From Callorhinchus milii (taxonomy: Eukaryota): a stretch of DNA of 64,000 nt. This document shows, one piece after another, positions 51,746-64,000 of this stretch. The notes beneath the pieces were generated by a model. It did no database searches. It was not told the DNA's origin and was given only the letters and a program-made list of their open reading frames with translations. Where the stretch lies: NCBI RefSeq assembly GCF_018977255.1, contig NW_024704742.1, positions 133,798,001 to 133,862,000 on the forward strand, in the 5' to 3' direction. Both the position numbers and the translations under genes were made by a program. The first letter of the stretch is position 1, and each line of letters starts with the position of its first letter.

Positions 51746-52125
51746 ATAAAAATAAGGAGCGATATTTACCACAGTTTAAACACTAAGGTTTATATTTTTA
51801 TGTTGACATGCATGAAATACATTGTGCGTCTGGTTTCGTTCGAATTGGACTAAATAAATATGCAGTTCTATCACTCTTATAAATTGGATAGATTTCTGTT
51901 GGAAAGAATATCTTGGGATATAATAAATAGTTTGGGACACAACATGACAGGGAGCGGGGAGGGCACCGTAAGCGCGATCGAGGAAAGAAAGGTCTTTAGG
52001 CAGGGTTTGAAAGTGGGGAGGGAGGGGGCAAGATGGAGAGATTGAATGGACCTTGGTCTTCCTTCTCCTTTTTCCTAGCAAATTCTTATGTTCTCTTTCC
52101 TCTTGTCTTTTTGATTATGCATAAG

Positions 52126-52141
52126 AGCGCCACCTAGTGGT
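52126..52141 (-). promoter_or_regulatory. Strong CTCF consensus motif
   Basis: Minus strand ACCACTAGGTGGCGCT matches CCACYAGRKGGCGC, in non-repeat sequence. Confidence 0.6.
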
Positions 52142-52919
52142 GATGTCTTAACTATGTATGTGACAAAAATACTCCTAACTGGGAGGTGGACACTGGCACA
52201 TCCAGGCTTGTTTTCCTTTCAGAGAGAGCGAAATGTCTCAATATTGGAAGCCGAGTGCAGCCACAAACTCCCCTCTGTTGCAGTCTGACCTCACCAGGGT
52301 ATGAACCCTTCTCACTGAAGCTAAGCAGAAGTCTGAATAACATAAACAACCAGACAGTGAAACATTTGGTATTCTTAGAGGGGCCAATACCCCAGCCTTG
52401 GATACAGGGAAGAGGATCAATCAAGCCTTTAAGACCAATTTGACTTGAAATTTAAGAACGCGCAGAACAGTGGGGGAAATTGTTAAAATTCTGTTCGGTG
52501 TTGCGTGCTAATCAGAAGCCTTACATTTCATATAGCTCCTTTCCCATTGGGAGGAGAGAGAGAGAGTGTGTGTGAAAAGGAAAACAAAACTGTGACAAAG
52601 AGAGCGTGTCACACAGTCCTAAGCCTACTGATCTGTTCAGAAGGCTACTATGGTAGACAGAGGTAGAATTGTCCATACACTCCCTAGCACTTCCTATCTT
52701 TTCCGACCTTCTCCTACCCTACACTGCTGTACACAATTGGCTGCTGCGTTTCGCCCACAAATATACAGTCAATTCACTTTACAGTGTATTCTGTGATGCG
52801 CTTTGAGATGTCAAAAAGACGTGAAAAAGCGCTATATCAAATGCAAGGATTATTATTATATTATATTACAGCTAATCAGTGCTTGTTGCACATTTCCCTC
52901 CTCCACCTCTGCACCATCA

Positions 52920-53198
52920 ACTTTGCAAGTGAGAGACCTGGGTTCAATCCCAGGCAGAGGGCGAAACCTTGGGCAAGTTTCCTTACTCCACACGCCTAAT
53001 AATAATCCCTCCAAAACCAAAAACAATAATATAAATTGGTCATTTTCAATCCACGACTGTTTGTGGTACACTGCTGTGCGCAATTGGCTGCCGTGTTCAC
53101 CCACAAATATACAGTCAATTCACTTTACAGTATATTCTATGAAGCGCTTTGGGACGTCTAGAAGACGTGAAAAGCGCTATATCAAAAATGCAAGGATC
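52920..53198 (+). mobile_element. Young SINE (slightly 5'-truncated) inserted in an L2 remnant; a further SINE tail at 52722-52868
   Basis: Consensus match from CTTTGCAAGTGAGAG to GCAAGGAT. Confidence 0.88.
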
Positions 53199-54249
53199 AA
53201 TGGCCAAGCCTTCAGTTTCCACACTCCTAACCTCCAGATCTCCATCCCTCTACCCTTACGTCTCGTACCCCCACCCCTCTCTCTTTCTGTCTTCAAGTCC
53301 CACTGCAAATCCTTCCTCTTCAAATGTGCCTGCGGTCACCTCCCTCTCATTCGATTCCAACAAACTATCTCTGAGATTTCCTTGTGTAGTTGGGATGCAT
53401 GGAAATCTGTTTGGTTTTAAACATGGTGATGGTTTTCCACATGTGGCTCACCAAAGAAAATCCCATAAGAACATAGAAGAACTTACGAAAAAGACCATTT
53501 GGCCACTGAAATTAGCCACTTAATGCAATAGCTTTCACTGTCACAGGATCTAATTGTGTTATAAACAATCGCACTGTACTTTGACTCAATTAGAAAGATG
53601 AATGCAAACATTCAACGCTCTTTGAGTAAATGTTTGTTCCCTGCTATAAACAGCTAAGCTTAAACAGTTGTAAGTAAGAAAGAAGTGATGTTAATTTGGC
53701 GTTACATAAACAGTTGGACTCAATTGCAAACATAACAGAAGTGTCTATCTAGTGAATTTTACATAGGTGTCACTCGCTCCTGAGATTAAGCCCCACACAC
53801 AGACTTTGATCTTATGGTTTAACAACAACAATAACTTGTGTTGATAGTGCCCTTCACGTAGGGCAGCATCTTGGAGCTTTTAACAGTGGTGCAGTCTGAC
53901 GCCGAGCTGAGAGGACAGAGGAGGAGACCGTAGGCACGGTTCAAGAGGAAGGTGGCTGAATGCAGGAAGAGCGAAGCAGATGCGGTCTCATCTACTGGTC
54001 CCCTCTGCTTGTTTCGATGGACTTTAAAGATCCCATGGCACTATTCGAAAAGAGAAAGGAGTTTCTTCTGGTGCCTTGGCCAACAATCCCTCAGGTAAAA
54101 CTGGTCATTCACTTTATGGCTTTGTGTTTTGCTGTGCAAATGGCTGCACAATTTGCCTAGAATACTCAGTCACTACACTTTACAGTAACTGTTTTGGGGA
54201 CATTGATGTGCAAATCAGTTGTCACATTGACGGTCTCTGATACCAGGTA

Positions 54250-54600
54250 TGAATAATAATAATAATTTTTGCATTTGATATAGCACCTTATCAAGTCTTT
54301 GAGACGTCTCAAAACACTTCACAGAATACAATGTGAAGTGAATTGACCTGTGTTTTGTGGGTGAAACGCGACAGTTAATTGCGCACAGCAGCGTCCCACA
54401 AATAGTCATTGACTGAGTGACCAGATTATTATTATTATTATTTATTTCAGGGATTATTACCCCAGGAAAAGCAATTCACCAATCGACTAACTGAATTCCT
54501 ACTTCCTGTTATGTGAACAGAGGCGTGTGGAGTAAGGAAACTTAAATCAAACCCAGGTCACTTGTGAGTCGAGAGCTTTAACCACTAAGCTACAGGATTT
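54250..54600 (-). mobile_element. tRNA-derived SINE, long form
   Basis: Minus strand head, CTCCACACGCCTCTGTTCACAT segment, Deu block, tail. Confidence 0.78.
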
Positions 54601-55724
54601 GCAAGAAAGACCCAAATAATACACTTGACGGTAAATCCTGTGAACCACTTTGAGACATTTAAAAGATGTGCTAAGGCTCTGTAATCAAATGCAAGGATTA
54701 TTAACTTTGTTTTATCAACGAGCGCTTGTAACTGAATTTGATGGAAGGCAGATGCAAACACAGCCACAAGGGGTCAGGGTTTGCTATGCGCATGGGAAGA
54801 TTCCTGCGATCCAGAGAGAAACACAGGTAACGTTGTTTACAGGGAGGTCACATTCCCATCAAAGAAACGTTCCCGCTTTCATTAACCCTGTCCTGGGTGA
54901 CCGATCTCAAATCAACCCCAATCAGCGTGAGATGAATTCATTAATTTTCTCTTTGCTTATCACATGCACAGTGGGTTTGATAAATAATAATCCTTGCATT
55001 TGATATAATAATAGCAAAATTCCTTGGATTTATCACGTCACTGAGACGTCTCAAAGGGCTTCACAGAATATATTGTAAAGCGGATTGACTGTGTATATTG
55101 TAGGCGAAATATGGGGACTTTCATGCTGGGAGGACGTCTTAAGGCACTTCACAGCATGTCCTGCAAAGTGTAGTGACTCTCTATTTTCCAGACGAACACA
55201 CTGATGTGTGATGTGCTGTGTCGTGGGATCTTTAACATCCACCTGAACAGGAGGAAGGGATTTCAGTACGGCCTGGTGAGTTCTAGTCCTGATATGGATC
55301 TTGAACGCACAACACTACTGCCTCAGAGGCAAACAACAATAACAAATTACTGTAGAGTGCCCTTCACATCAGAAATTTAGATGCGAGCTACTTAGGGCAC
55401 CAGACTGGTCACAATATACCATTCCACGCAGTTAAAATAAAATATTGCTTCAAGTGCTTTTGAGACACTGGGAGAAACATTGACTATCGAATGGTAAATA
55501 ACTGCTTGACTCAGTCTGGTTCCCCACAGAATACACAATCCTCTTTACAGTATAGTCTGTGAAGGCTGTTGAGACATCTCAATGATGTGATATCAAATGC
55601 AAGGATTAGTATATTATTATTATTACAGAAGAGCCTTGTGCAAGGTGCCTTTTCAACCATCTCTTAATATAAGTTCAGAAACACTTCCCAACAAAGTGAG
55701 CTGGGAGCTAAAATGAATTCTAAC

Positions 55725-56050
55725 AATAATAATAATCCTTGCATTTGATATAGCACCTTATCACGTCAGAGGCCATCGCAAAGCACTTCACAGGATTTAC
55801 TATGAAATGGAGTGGCTGTGTATTTGTAGGCAATAGCAGAATTGCTCACAACAATGCCCCAGAAATAGCCATGAAACAAGTGGGTCAATTTTATTTGGGG
55901 GACTGTCAGCCAGGACTCCAAGAGAAATCCCAATCGCTTTTTGAATAGTGCCATGGGATCTTTAACATCCACCTGAACAGGCAGAAGGGACTTCAGGTTA
56001 ACATTTAATCCGATGGATGGCAAGCACCTCTCCACCCCCTCAGTGCTGTA
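55725..56050 (-). mobile_element. Old Deu-domain SINE
   Basis: CCTGTTCAGGTGGATGTTAAAGATCCCATGGCACTATTCAAAAAG on minus; (TTA)n tail. Confidence 0.8.
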
Positions 56051-56499
56051 AACTTTCTGTCCCTAAATTTCTTTTTAAAATAAATTATTTCATCACTCAA
56101 TCCATGGCTGTTTGTGGGACACTGCTGTGCGCAATTGGCTGCCGTGTTTCACCCACAAAATATACAATCCATTCATTTTACAGTACATTCTGTGAAGCAC
56201 TTTGAGACATCTCGAAGCCATGATAAGACATTATGTCAAATCCAAACATTATTATCATTATACTTATGGGTAGAAATTGTATTTAAATCTAAATTTTATG
56301 TAGCATTTCAGATCGCGCAAAATTGGACAAATTCTTTAAAAAAATTGAAGCTGTTTATTCTGTAAATTTAGTTTAGTCTGTAAATTTCTTTCAAGACAGT
56401 ACAAATAAAAAAGCCCTGCGTGAAGGGCACTATATACTATGCAAGTTGTTGTCGTTGTATATCCAGATCCAAGTGGAATTTCTCTCCCAGTGATTCTTT

Positions 56500-57035
56500 A
56501 CTATCATAGAATCATAGAATTATCCAGCACAGAAGGAGACCATTCGGCCCATCGTGTCCCTGCCGGCTCTTTGAAAAGAGACATCCAATTCAATCCCACT
56601 CCTCCGCTCTCTCCCCATAGCCCTGCAAACTTGTCCTCCCCAAATAATTATCTATTTCTCTCTTAAAAGTTGTTATCGGCTTCCACCACCCTTTCAGGCA
56701 ATGCAGTCCAGATCCAAACAACTCGCTGCGTGAAAAGAAATGTTGGGCAAGTTTCCTTACTCCACACGCCTGTTTATCTAGCAGTAAGCAAGAACCCAGT
56801 TGTTAGTTGATTTGCGGATCGATTTTCCGGGTGTAATAGTTCCTTCAAAATAAATAAAAATAATTTGGTCACTCAATCCGCGACTGTGTATGGGACGCTG
56901 CTGTGTACAATTGGCTGCTGTGTTTCACCCACAAAATATACAGTCAATTCACTTTATAGTATATTCTGTGAAACACTTTGAGACGTCTTGAAGACATGAT
57001 AAGGCCCTATATCAAATGCAAAGATTATTATTATT
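56500..57035. mobile_element. CR1 3' tail (-, 56500-56740) joined to a headless long-form SINE (+, 56742-57035)
   Basis: CATAGAATCATAGAA tail signature, then TTGGGCAAGTTTCCTTACTCCACACGCCTGTTTATCTAGCAGT.. to (TTA)n. Confidence 0.8.
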
Positions 57036-57787
57036 AAAGACGACCAGTGGGGTGATGTCATGGCTCAGCGCTTAAAAAAAAAGCCCGCTCATGTGAATGT
57101 ACTTTTATTCATTTCTTTCTGAGTTGTGTTCCAAACTGATGAAAAGAATGCAAGAATTTTCTATATGAAAGAAGACCAAGGTCCATCCAGTTGGCCTTCC
57201 ATCATCCTGGCAGTTGCACATGTCATGTCCCAAACTATAAATATCCCAAGATATTATTTCCTAAAAGAAATCTATCCAATTTGCTTTTGAAAGTATCAAC
57301 ACTTTCTTACTCCCACCATCTCCCTCGCGAGCCTGTTCCATACATTTACTACTTGCTCATCAAATAGTGTTTCTGCAGATTTGGTTTGAATTTCTCCCCC
57401 TTCAATCCTCTGGTGTCCTCTGGTTCGAAAAGAACTGGGAGCAAAGGAGGGAGGGACCAAAGAGAACGGTGGACGAAAATTAAAGGTGGCTGAGAAAACA
57501 ATGTTTGCTTCTGTTAAAAAAAAATGGATGAGGGTTGATTGAGAAAAAAGGGGAGCCGGTATCAAAGGCGACGTTACAGGTTTCTGAGCAGATGGAATCC
57601 AGCCCTAACTAATCGGATAGTGCTTGTATCCAGAGTTAAGAGGGGACAAAATGCTTGAAATCTGACAGTCGTTCACACCCAAATGCACACATGCTATTAA
57701 TATACATTTGTAGCGTCTTCAGATGTCCTCCTGGCATGAAAGACTCTATATCAATGTAATTTATTGTTGTTGTGGAGAAATAAATTG

Positions 57788-58080
57788 TGGAATTGTGTAG
57801 CTCAGTGGTTAGAGCGCTCGCTTTGCATGCGAGAGATCTGGGTTCACTTCCCGGCAGGGTAAAACCTTGGGCAAGTTTCCTTACTCCACATGCCTAATAA
57901 TAATCCCTCAAGAAAAAAAAGTTGGTCACGGCTGTTTGTGGGACACTGCTGTGCGCAATCGGCTGCTGCATTTCGCCCACAAAAAATACAGTCAATTCAC
58001 TTTACAGTCTGTTCTGTAAAGCGCTTTGACACGTCTAGAAGATGTGAAAAGGGCTATAACAAATGCAAGGATTATTATTA
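57788..58080 (+). mobile_element. SINE with a very tRNA-Ala(TGC)-like head
   Basis: TGTAGCTCAGTGGTTAGAGCGCTCGCTTTGCATGCGAGAGATCTGGGTTCACTTCCCGGCA followed by the SINE body. Confidence 0.88.
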
Positions 58081-59315
58081 GTAGTAGTATATACACACGT
58101 GTTAACGGCATCATTTACACTGAAAAATGCATCCATATCTACAGTAAACTCCTATTAACTTGACACTGATTTAACTTGTCGCTACCACGTAACTCATTGT
58201 GCTTTCAGGAGGACATCAGCAGTCAATATCCTGGCCACATTTATAAATAATAATAATCCTTGCATTTAATATAACGCCTTATCTTCAAGACATCGCAAAC
58301 CGCTTCACAGAATATACTGTAAAACGAATTGACTGTATATGTTGTGGGCCAAACGCGGCAGCCAATAGCGCACAGCAGTGGATTAAGTGACCAAATTATT
58401 ATTATTATTTCATGTATTTATGTCTATGCCTAACTCCCTACTCTGGAAAACTCTTCACTGAGCCCTTTTATTGGGAGTGCTGAGCTATAGGAGTTTACAT
58501 TAATAATAAAATATTCCTTGTGTCTGATATAGCCCCTTTCACATTTTCTAGACGTCTCAAAGCGCTTCACAGAATAGACTGGAAAGTGAATTAACTGTAT
58601 ATTTTGTGGGCGAGACGTACTATTAACACACCTACACACAGATAAATACACACTCAAATTACTCACACACATTCACACTGATAAACACAGACACATACAG
58701 ACAGTGTAGTATTAAAACACACTGATAAACACACACACACATACTTGTACACTGGCATTAACATTACACACATCATCTCCTTCACGCCCATTTCGCCTCT
58801 CTCCAAGTTCCACCCCCTTTGCTAACAAACCTACAAGTTGGACCCAGAGAAAGAGAGAGAGAGAGTGTGTGTGTCTGTGCGTAAAAAATAAAAAACATTT
58901 GTCTGATCCCAACAAGAGTGCATTGGAGCAGCCAAAACAAATGCATCTCCTCCTCCCTCCTTCCTACAAGCTGCTGACAAATATCCAGGCAAGCCAGCCA
59001 GCACAGCCAGCCCAGTGGCTGAAATCTTCCAGCAAAAAAAAATAATTGAATTGCAATGTTTTTTTAGACAGAGAGAAAGAGAGTGAGTGATTGTGAGTGA
59101 GTGAGTGAGTGAGTGAATGAGTGAAGGGAGAGAGACAGAGGCAATGCAATGCACCTTGAAATCACTCATCCTGATGTGAAATCGACAAGCACTCCACTAC
59201 TGAGAGACAGACACTAACTACTGAGAGACTGGGAAGATACATAGGCTCATCCATCGAGTTCCCCTACCCTGTGGGAACAGAAACTGACCAGAAACTTGCT
59301 GCACCAGATCATACA

Positions 59316-59431
59316 ATGTTTTTGCCCAGGAGCCTTGGCTGTTTATTGAGAGCAGTTTCTCTCTTAGCATTGGTGTCCACTGGATTCACCTACTCTTACT
59401 TCTCAATTTCAGAGCAAGATGATGTCGACAG
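59316..59431 (+). CDS. Probable first coding exon of an unidentified secreted or membrane protein (MFLPRSLGCLLRAVSLLALVSTGFTYSYFSISEQDDVD..)
   Basis: ACAATG start context; basic, hydrophobic, small-residue signal-peptide pattern; donor CAG|GTTAGT (phase 2); lies in a long TE-free block with 5'UTR-like simple repeats. Confidence 0.6.
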
Positions 59432-61593
59432 GTTAGTGATTTGCATCTAAGTTTATTTTCCCCCTTTTTCCTCATTTCCCTTCAGACTATCTCTCTTTCT
59501 CTGTGTGTGTGTGTGTGTGTTTAGTCAACAGGAGTTCCTTATTTCACTGCCTTGACTCGTGTGTTAGTTTGTTGGTTCTTTCCTTATCTCTCATGTTACC
59601 CATTTTGATCTCTTCCCCCCACCCCTCAAAAAAAAGTGGGTGTCCTGACATTAAATAAAGCTGATTCTGAGAATTTGGGGAACTTTATATATATATATAT
59701 AGGAAAGAAATCTTGCATCAATCTCTTGTGAAATTGTCTTGTGCTTTCTTTCTCTTCTAAACACGCATCTTAATTCGTGTTGGGAGTTTATGTGCAAGAA
59801 AAAGAAAAGTGAAAGAATCTTATTCATTTTTTTCACAGGGTGGGTTGGTGGTGTGTGTATGTGTGTGTGGGGATGGGGTGGGGGGGATTAGGGGGAGGAG
59901 AGAGAGAGAGAGAGAAGGGGGGCAAACTGGGGTTAAGAGTTCGCCTTGTCCTATACCTGAACACATTACCTTTCATCTCTCCCCCCACCCACCCCAAAAA
60001 TAGCAGAGAGATTTGCCCAGATAACAAAGTGGTCACAACAGAGTATCCTTGTCTGAAATCCAGTGGTGAAGTGGCGACCTGTTTCAGGTGAGAGAAACTC
60101 AAACACGCCTTTATTGTGAATATTTCCTCCTTTGCTGGGCAACTCTTCCAATTTCCATCACCCACGGAAACGTGCAAAGCCTTTGATCAATATCTGTCTT
60201 ATTTTATCCAGCGAGGGGCCGGTGTGTGTATATGTTATATTCCCTCGTGCCCTCCATTCCACAATCGCTGACCACTCTTTCAGCTGCTGCGTCCAAAACT
60301 CTGGAACACTCTTCCCCTATCCCTCCGCCTTGCCCCCTCCTTCCCCATCTTCAGGTCACTCCTGCAGACCTTCCTTTTTAACCATGGTTACGGTCACCTC
60401 TCCCCTCCCCCCGGCCCGGCTTCGTGCTCTCCCACTGTCAAGCGCTCTCGGATGCTATCCTGCGTGAAGAGCGCTATATAAATCATAATCATCATCATCC
60501 TTGCATTCGATACAGTGCCTTATCACGTCTTCGAGACGTCTCAAAGCGCTTCAAATGCAAGTTGTTGATGTCGTTATGTGTAATAGATTAACAAGCCATA
60601 GAGCAGGTTTGATTAGGTCAGTGATGTGAATGTGAACCTCTCTCTCTCTTTCCCGCCTCATTTAATCCTTGAATCTCTCAATTGAGCCTTAAGGGCTGTT
60701 TTTGAGGTGGGAAGGGAGAAGAGAGCAGTGTGTTACCAACATCTTTGTTTTAATTAGGTTTATTTTGAGCCAATTTGCTGACATAATTCACATGGACAGC
60801 ATGTACACAACCCCCTGTTGGTAGGGATCGGGATTGCAGTACTTCTGACCTGAGGAGTGTGATCTGCCCTTACAAGAGGAAGCGGAGATACTGAAATGGA
60901 GAGCTCACTTGCCCCCGTGGTCACTAGGCTCAGGCCGGGCTTGACCTGACGGAGAGGTCATTCCATCACGCTCGGCTGGTTGTGAAGACAGGTTCAGGTC
61001 TGCATTGTCCTTTGACAATTTGGGACTTAGATTTGTGTGTTTTAACAACTATTTGCATTTATTTATAAAAGCGTGCTTCAAGTAAGATAATATCTCAGTC
61101 TATTTTATAATAATGGGGTTGGGTTCCTCACAGGGGAGGGGAGACAGGGAGGTGGTGGCCATAGACACTGTCGAAGAGGCAGGCTTTAAGATGGGACTTG
61201 AATACAGTTGGGGTGGAATGAGATGGGTGGGGGAGTGGGGTAGATCTAGATGGTTTGGGGCTAAGTTTGGAGGTGATTAGGACTTGTTTGTGGGGACAAT
61301 CCTTGTTCCCTAGTGGAACATATTCAGTCTAATTCGGTTAATGGGGGTGAGACCCCTAACCTCGCTCACCAAAAAAAAAAAAAGTATATACACAGTGTGA
61401 GGTGTGCTATGCTGATATGTTACAAGTCTGTGGATAGAGTCATATTTCTTCCCTGTGTAGCGAAGGTTAAATTCTGTCCCGTTGCTCACAAAGCTGATGC
61501 TGATGCCACCAGTAACGTCCAGCGAACTAGCTGCTGGTCCGAGGTTGCCCTGAAATAATATTGGGTGAATTCAACCATTTCTTCTGTGATCTC

Positions 61594-61907
61594 TTAATAA
61601 TAATAATCCTTGTATTTGATATAGCGCTTTTCACGTCTTCTAGACGCCCCAAAGCGCTTCACAGAATATACTGTAAAGTGAATTGACTGTATATTTGTGG
61701 CGAACGCGGCAGACAATTGCGCACAACAATGTCCCACAAACAGTCGTGGATTGAAAATGACCAATTTATTATTGTTTTTGGTTTTGGAGGGATTATTATT
61801 AGGTGTGTGGAGTAAGGAAACTTGCCCAAGGTTTCCCCCTCTGCCTGGAATTGAACTCGGGTCTCTCACTTGCAAAGCGAGTGCTCTAACCACTGAGCTA
61901 CAGGGCT
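61594..61907 (-). mobile_element. Young full-length SINE (TAGAA loop variant)
   Basis: Reverse complement of the consensus. Confidence 0.93.
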
Positions 61908-62629
61908 TAAAGTGATTGGAATTTCTCAAAGGGTCAGTGAGAGGGTTTGCGTGCTGGGCTCTACTGGATTAATGGGGTCTGTGTGCTGGGCACTCTGTTT
62001 CGATGCCTCCACCTCACCCTCCGTACCCTGTTTTAGATCAAGACCTTCCTCTTCAACTGTGTTTACAGTCACCTACTCCCTCCCGCTCGGGCTCTGAGAC
62101 ACTGCCCAGGGTGGAGGGTGCTATATAATTCCATGTTGTTGTTGTTAATGGGGTCTGTATCCTTATAACAAAAAATTGCATTTATTTATAGTGCCCTTCA
62201 AGTAAGATAATATCTCAGTGCATTTGAAAGTTATGCGATTGGATACCAAGTAAGGGAGGAGTGGGGAGGGTGGAGAGAGAGGTGACCATAGTCACTGTCA
62301 AAGAGACAGGCTTTAAATGGGATTTAAAGACAGGTGGGTGAGTGGGGGGGAGGGAGTGAGTTCCAGAGGTTGGGGGTGTAGAATCTGAAAACTGAGCCAC
62401 TAATGAGATCAAATAGACCTTCTCAACCCAGACCTCTCTTGTGACCTTGTGATAACCTATTGCAGCTGTTTAGCTGTGTACTTACTATTCACCTAATGAG
62501 GGCTCAAACTCACGCTTTTCAGATGTTAAATTATTTACTGATGACTCTCCTCCTTGGCTGGAGGTAAGTGGGGTCTCCTTGGAGCTGAACTGGCTCCAAC
62601 GTGGCATTTTTGGCAACAGATAATCGAGC

Positions 62630-62990
62630 TAACCCTCTGAAGTGCAGTGTCTGTTTATTTGTTGGTGAATGTGAACCCTGAAACCAGTTTGCGAAGAGCA
62701 ATATCCCAAAAAAAAGCCACAAAATGACTGACGCATTTTATTAGGAGGATTGTTGACCAAGCATTGGGAGAAACTCCCTTCTCTTTTCGAACAGTGTTAC
62801 GGGATCTATGACTTTCACCTAATTGAATACAGACAGAGCCTTGGCTTAACATCTCACCTGAAGTGATGGCACTTGCGGCAATGCAGCTTCCCCCCATACC
62901 CCACAGCACCGTATTGAAGTGTCAACCTACAGTACCTGAGTTCAACGTCTGAAACCCACAGCCTTGTGACTCAGAGTTGAGAGTGAGCAG
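62630..62990 (-). mobile_element. Old Deu-domain SINE
   Basis: Minus strand CTGAGTCACAAGGCTGTGGGTTTCAGA head remnant and a decayed Deu core. Confidence 0.65.
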
Positions 62991-63054
62991 CATGACACAG
63001 TTTTTTCATGGCATAGGCCAGCACGTCAATTACAAGAACTTAAGTCTTGTAATT

Positions 63055-63362
63055 GGAATCCTGTAGCTCAGTGGTTAGAGCCCTTGCCTCAAAAGCGAAA
63101 GTCCTGGGTTTGATTCCCGGCAGGGCAAAACCTTGGGCAAGTTTCCTTACTCCACACCCCTGATAATAATCCCTCAAGAAAAAGAACAATAATAAATTAA
63201 TCATTTTCAATCCATGGCTATTTGTGGGACACTGCTGTGCGCAATTGGCTGTCGCGTTTCATCCACAAATATACAGCCAATTCACTTTACTGCATATTCT
63301 GTGAAGCACTTTGAGACGTCGAGAAGACATGAAAAACGATATATCAAATGCAAGGATTATTT
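63055..63362 (+). mobile_element. tRNA-derived SINE, short form
   Basis: GGAATCCTGTAGCTCAGTGGTTAGAGC.. to GCAAGGATTAT. Confidence 0.9.
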
Positions 63363-64000
63363 TTTGTTTTACAAGAAAGTGAAACAGGGCGGACACTTTA
63401 AAAATGTCAGTACTTTTCCTCTAAATCCAGCCTGGCATTACTGTACTCTCTTAGTGTACGAGGATTGTTTACATTATCGCTCTCATTCCCACAGACGCTT
63501 TAAAGGAATTCACAGGGAATCAGCTAATCCGTGAACGATGAGATTGGAGCAGTACCTTGGGGCCTCTCAAGCCTGCATTACTATCGCAGTCCAGTGAGCT
63601 CCCTTCTCAGGGTGTTGCTGGATTCAACAGTTTATTTGATTGATCCCTGGGTTAACTGGGATGTCTCTTTTTTTACAGCATGATTCCCGAGGCTAGTGGC
63701 AGTAGGACAAAAAACAAGAGATAAGAGAGCTATGCATCGTGTCACTTAAACAGACACCACCTGTTTCTCTCTCACTCTCTTTCCTTCCACCTCTGCTGCC
63801 CTCTCCCTTTCCCTGAAAGCAGGGATCTGATCATCCTTTGCTCCTTGGCGTAATGTAGCCATTCAGAAAAAGGGTAGCCAGACACATACAAACACACACA
63901 CACATGCGCAAACCTATTCTGTGGGTGTCTGGGTTCCATTTGCTTGGAAGATTGGATTCAAACCAGGAGCAGGGTTTCCTATCTGAATTAACTCGTGCTC

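Noticed and set aside
52222..52298. Exon-like segment after TTGTTTTCCTTTCAG
   Set aside because: Lies beyond the candidate poly(A) signal, lacks the WxxF continuation and has no supporting homology.
57788..57856. tRNA-Ala(TGC) gene
   Set aside because: No proper acceptor stem or terminator, and it continues directly into the SINE body.

Overview
Eukaryotic, repeat-dense vertebrate DNA. The repeat complement (L2 and CR1 LINE fragments, Deu-domain SINEs, a young tRNA-Ala-headed SINE with an L2 tail) suggests a cartilaginous fish, probably a chimaera or elephant shark; this is inference. Most ORFs in the track are decayed LINE or SINE sequence. Two host-gene candidates stand out. (1) A divergent Bcl-2-family gene on + (MCL1/BCL2A1-like; exon 1 CDS 41912-42385; BH1 reads NLGR). 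It has the family-typical phase-0 intron after the BH2 Trp and two in-frame candidate terminal exons: one encodes a hydrophobic tail anchor (44957-45031), the other a short soluble tail (46774-46803). (2) A probable first coding exon of an unidentified secreted or membrane protein (59316-59431). Also present: a decayed ERV integrase-env fragment, an unclassified dispersed repeat, a covarying LINE/SINE 3' stem-loop, CTCF-like motifs and a candidate immune enhancer. Repeat boundaries were read by eye and are approximate.
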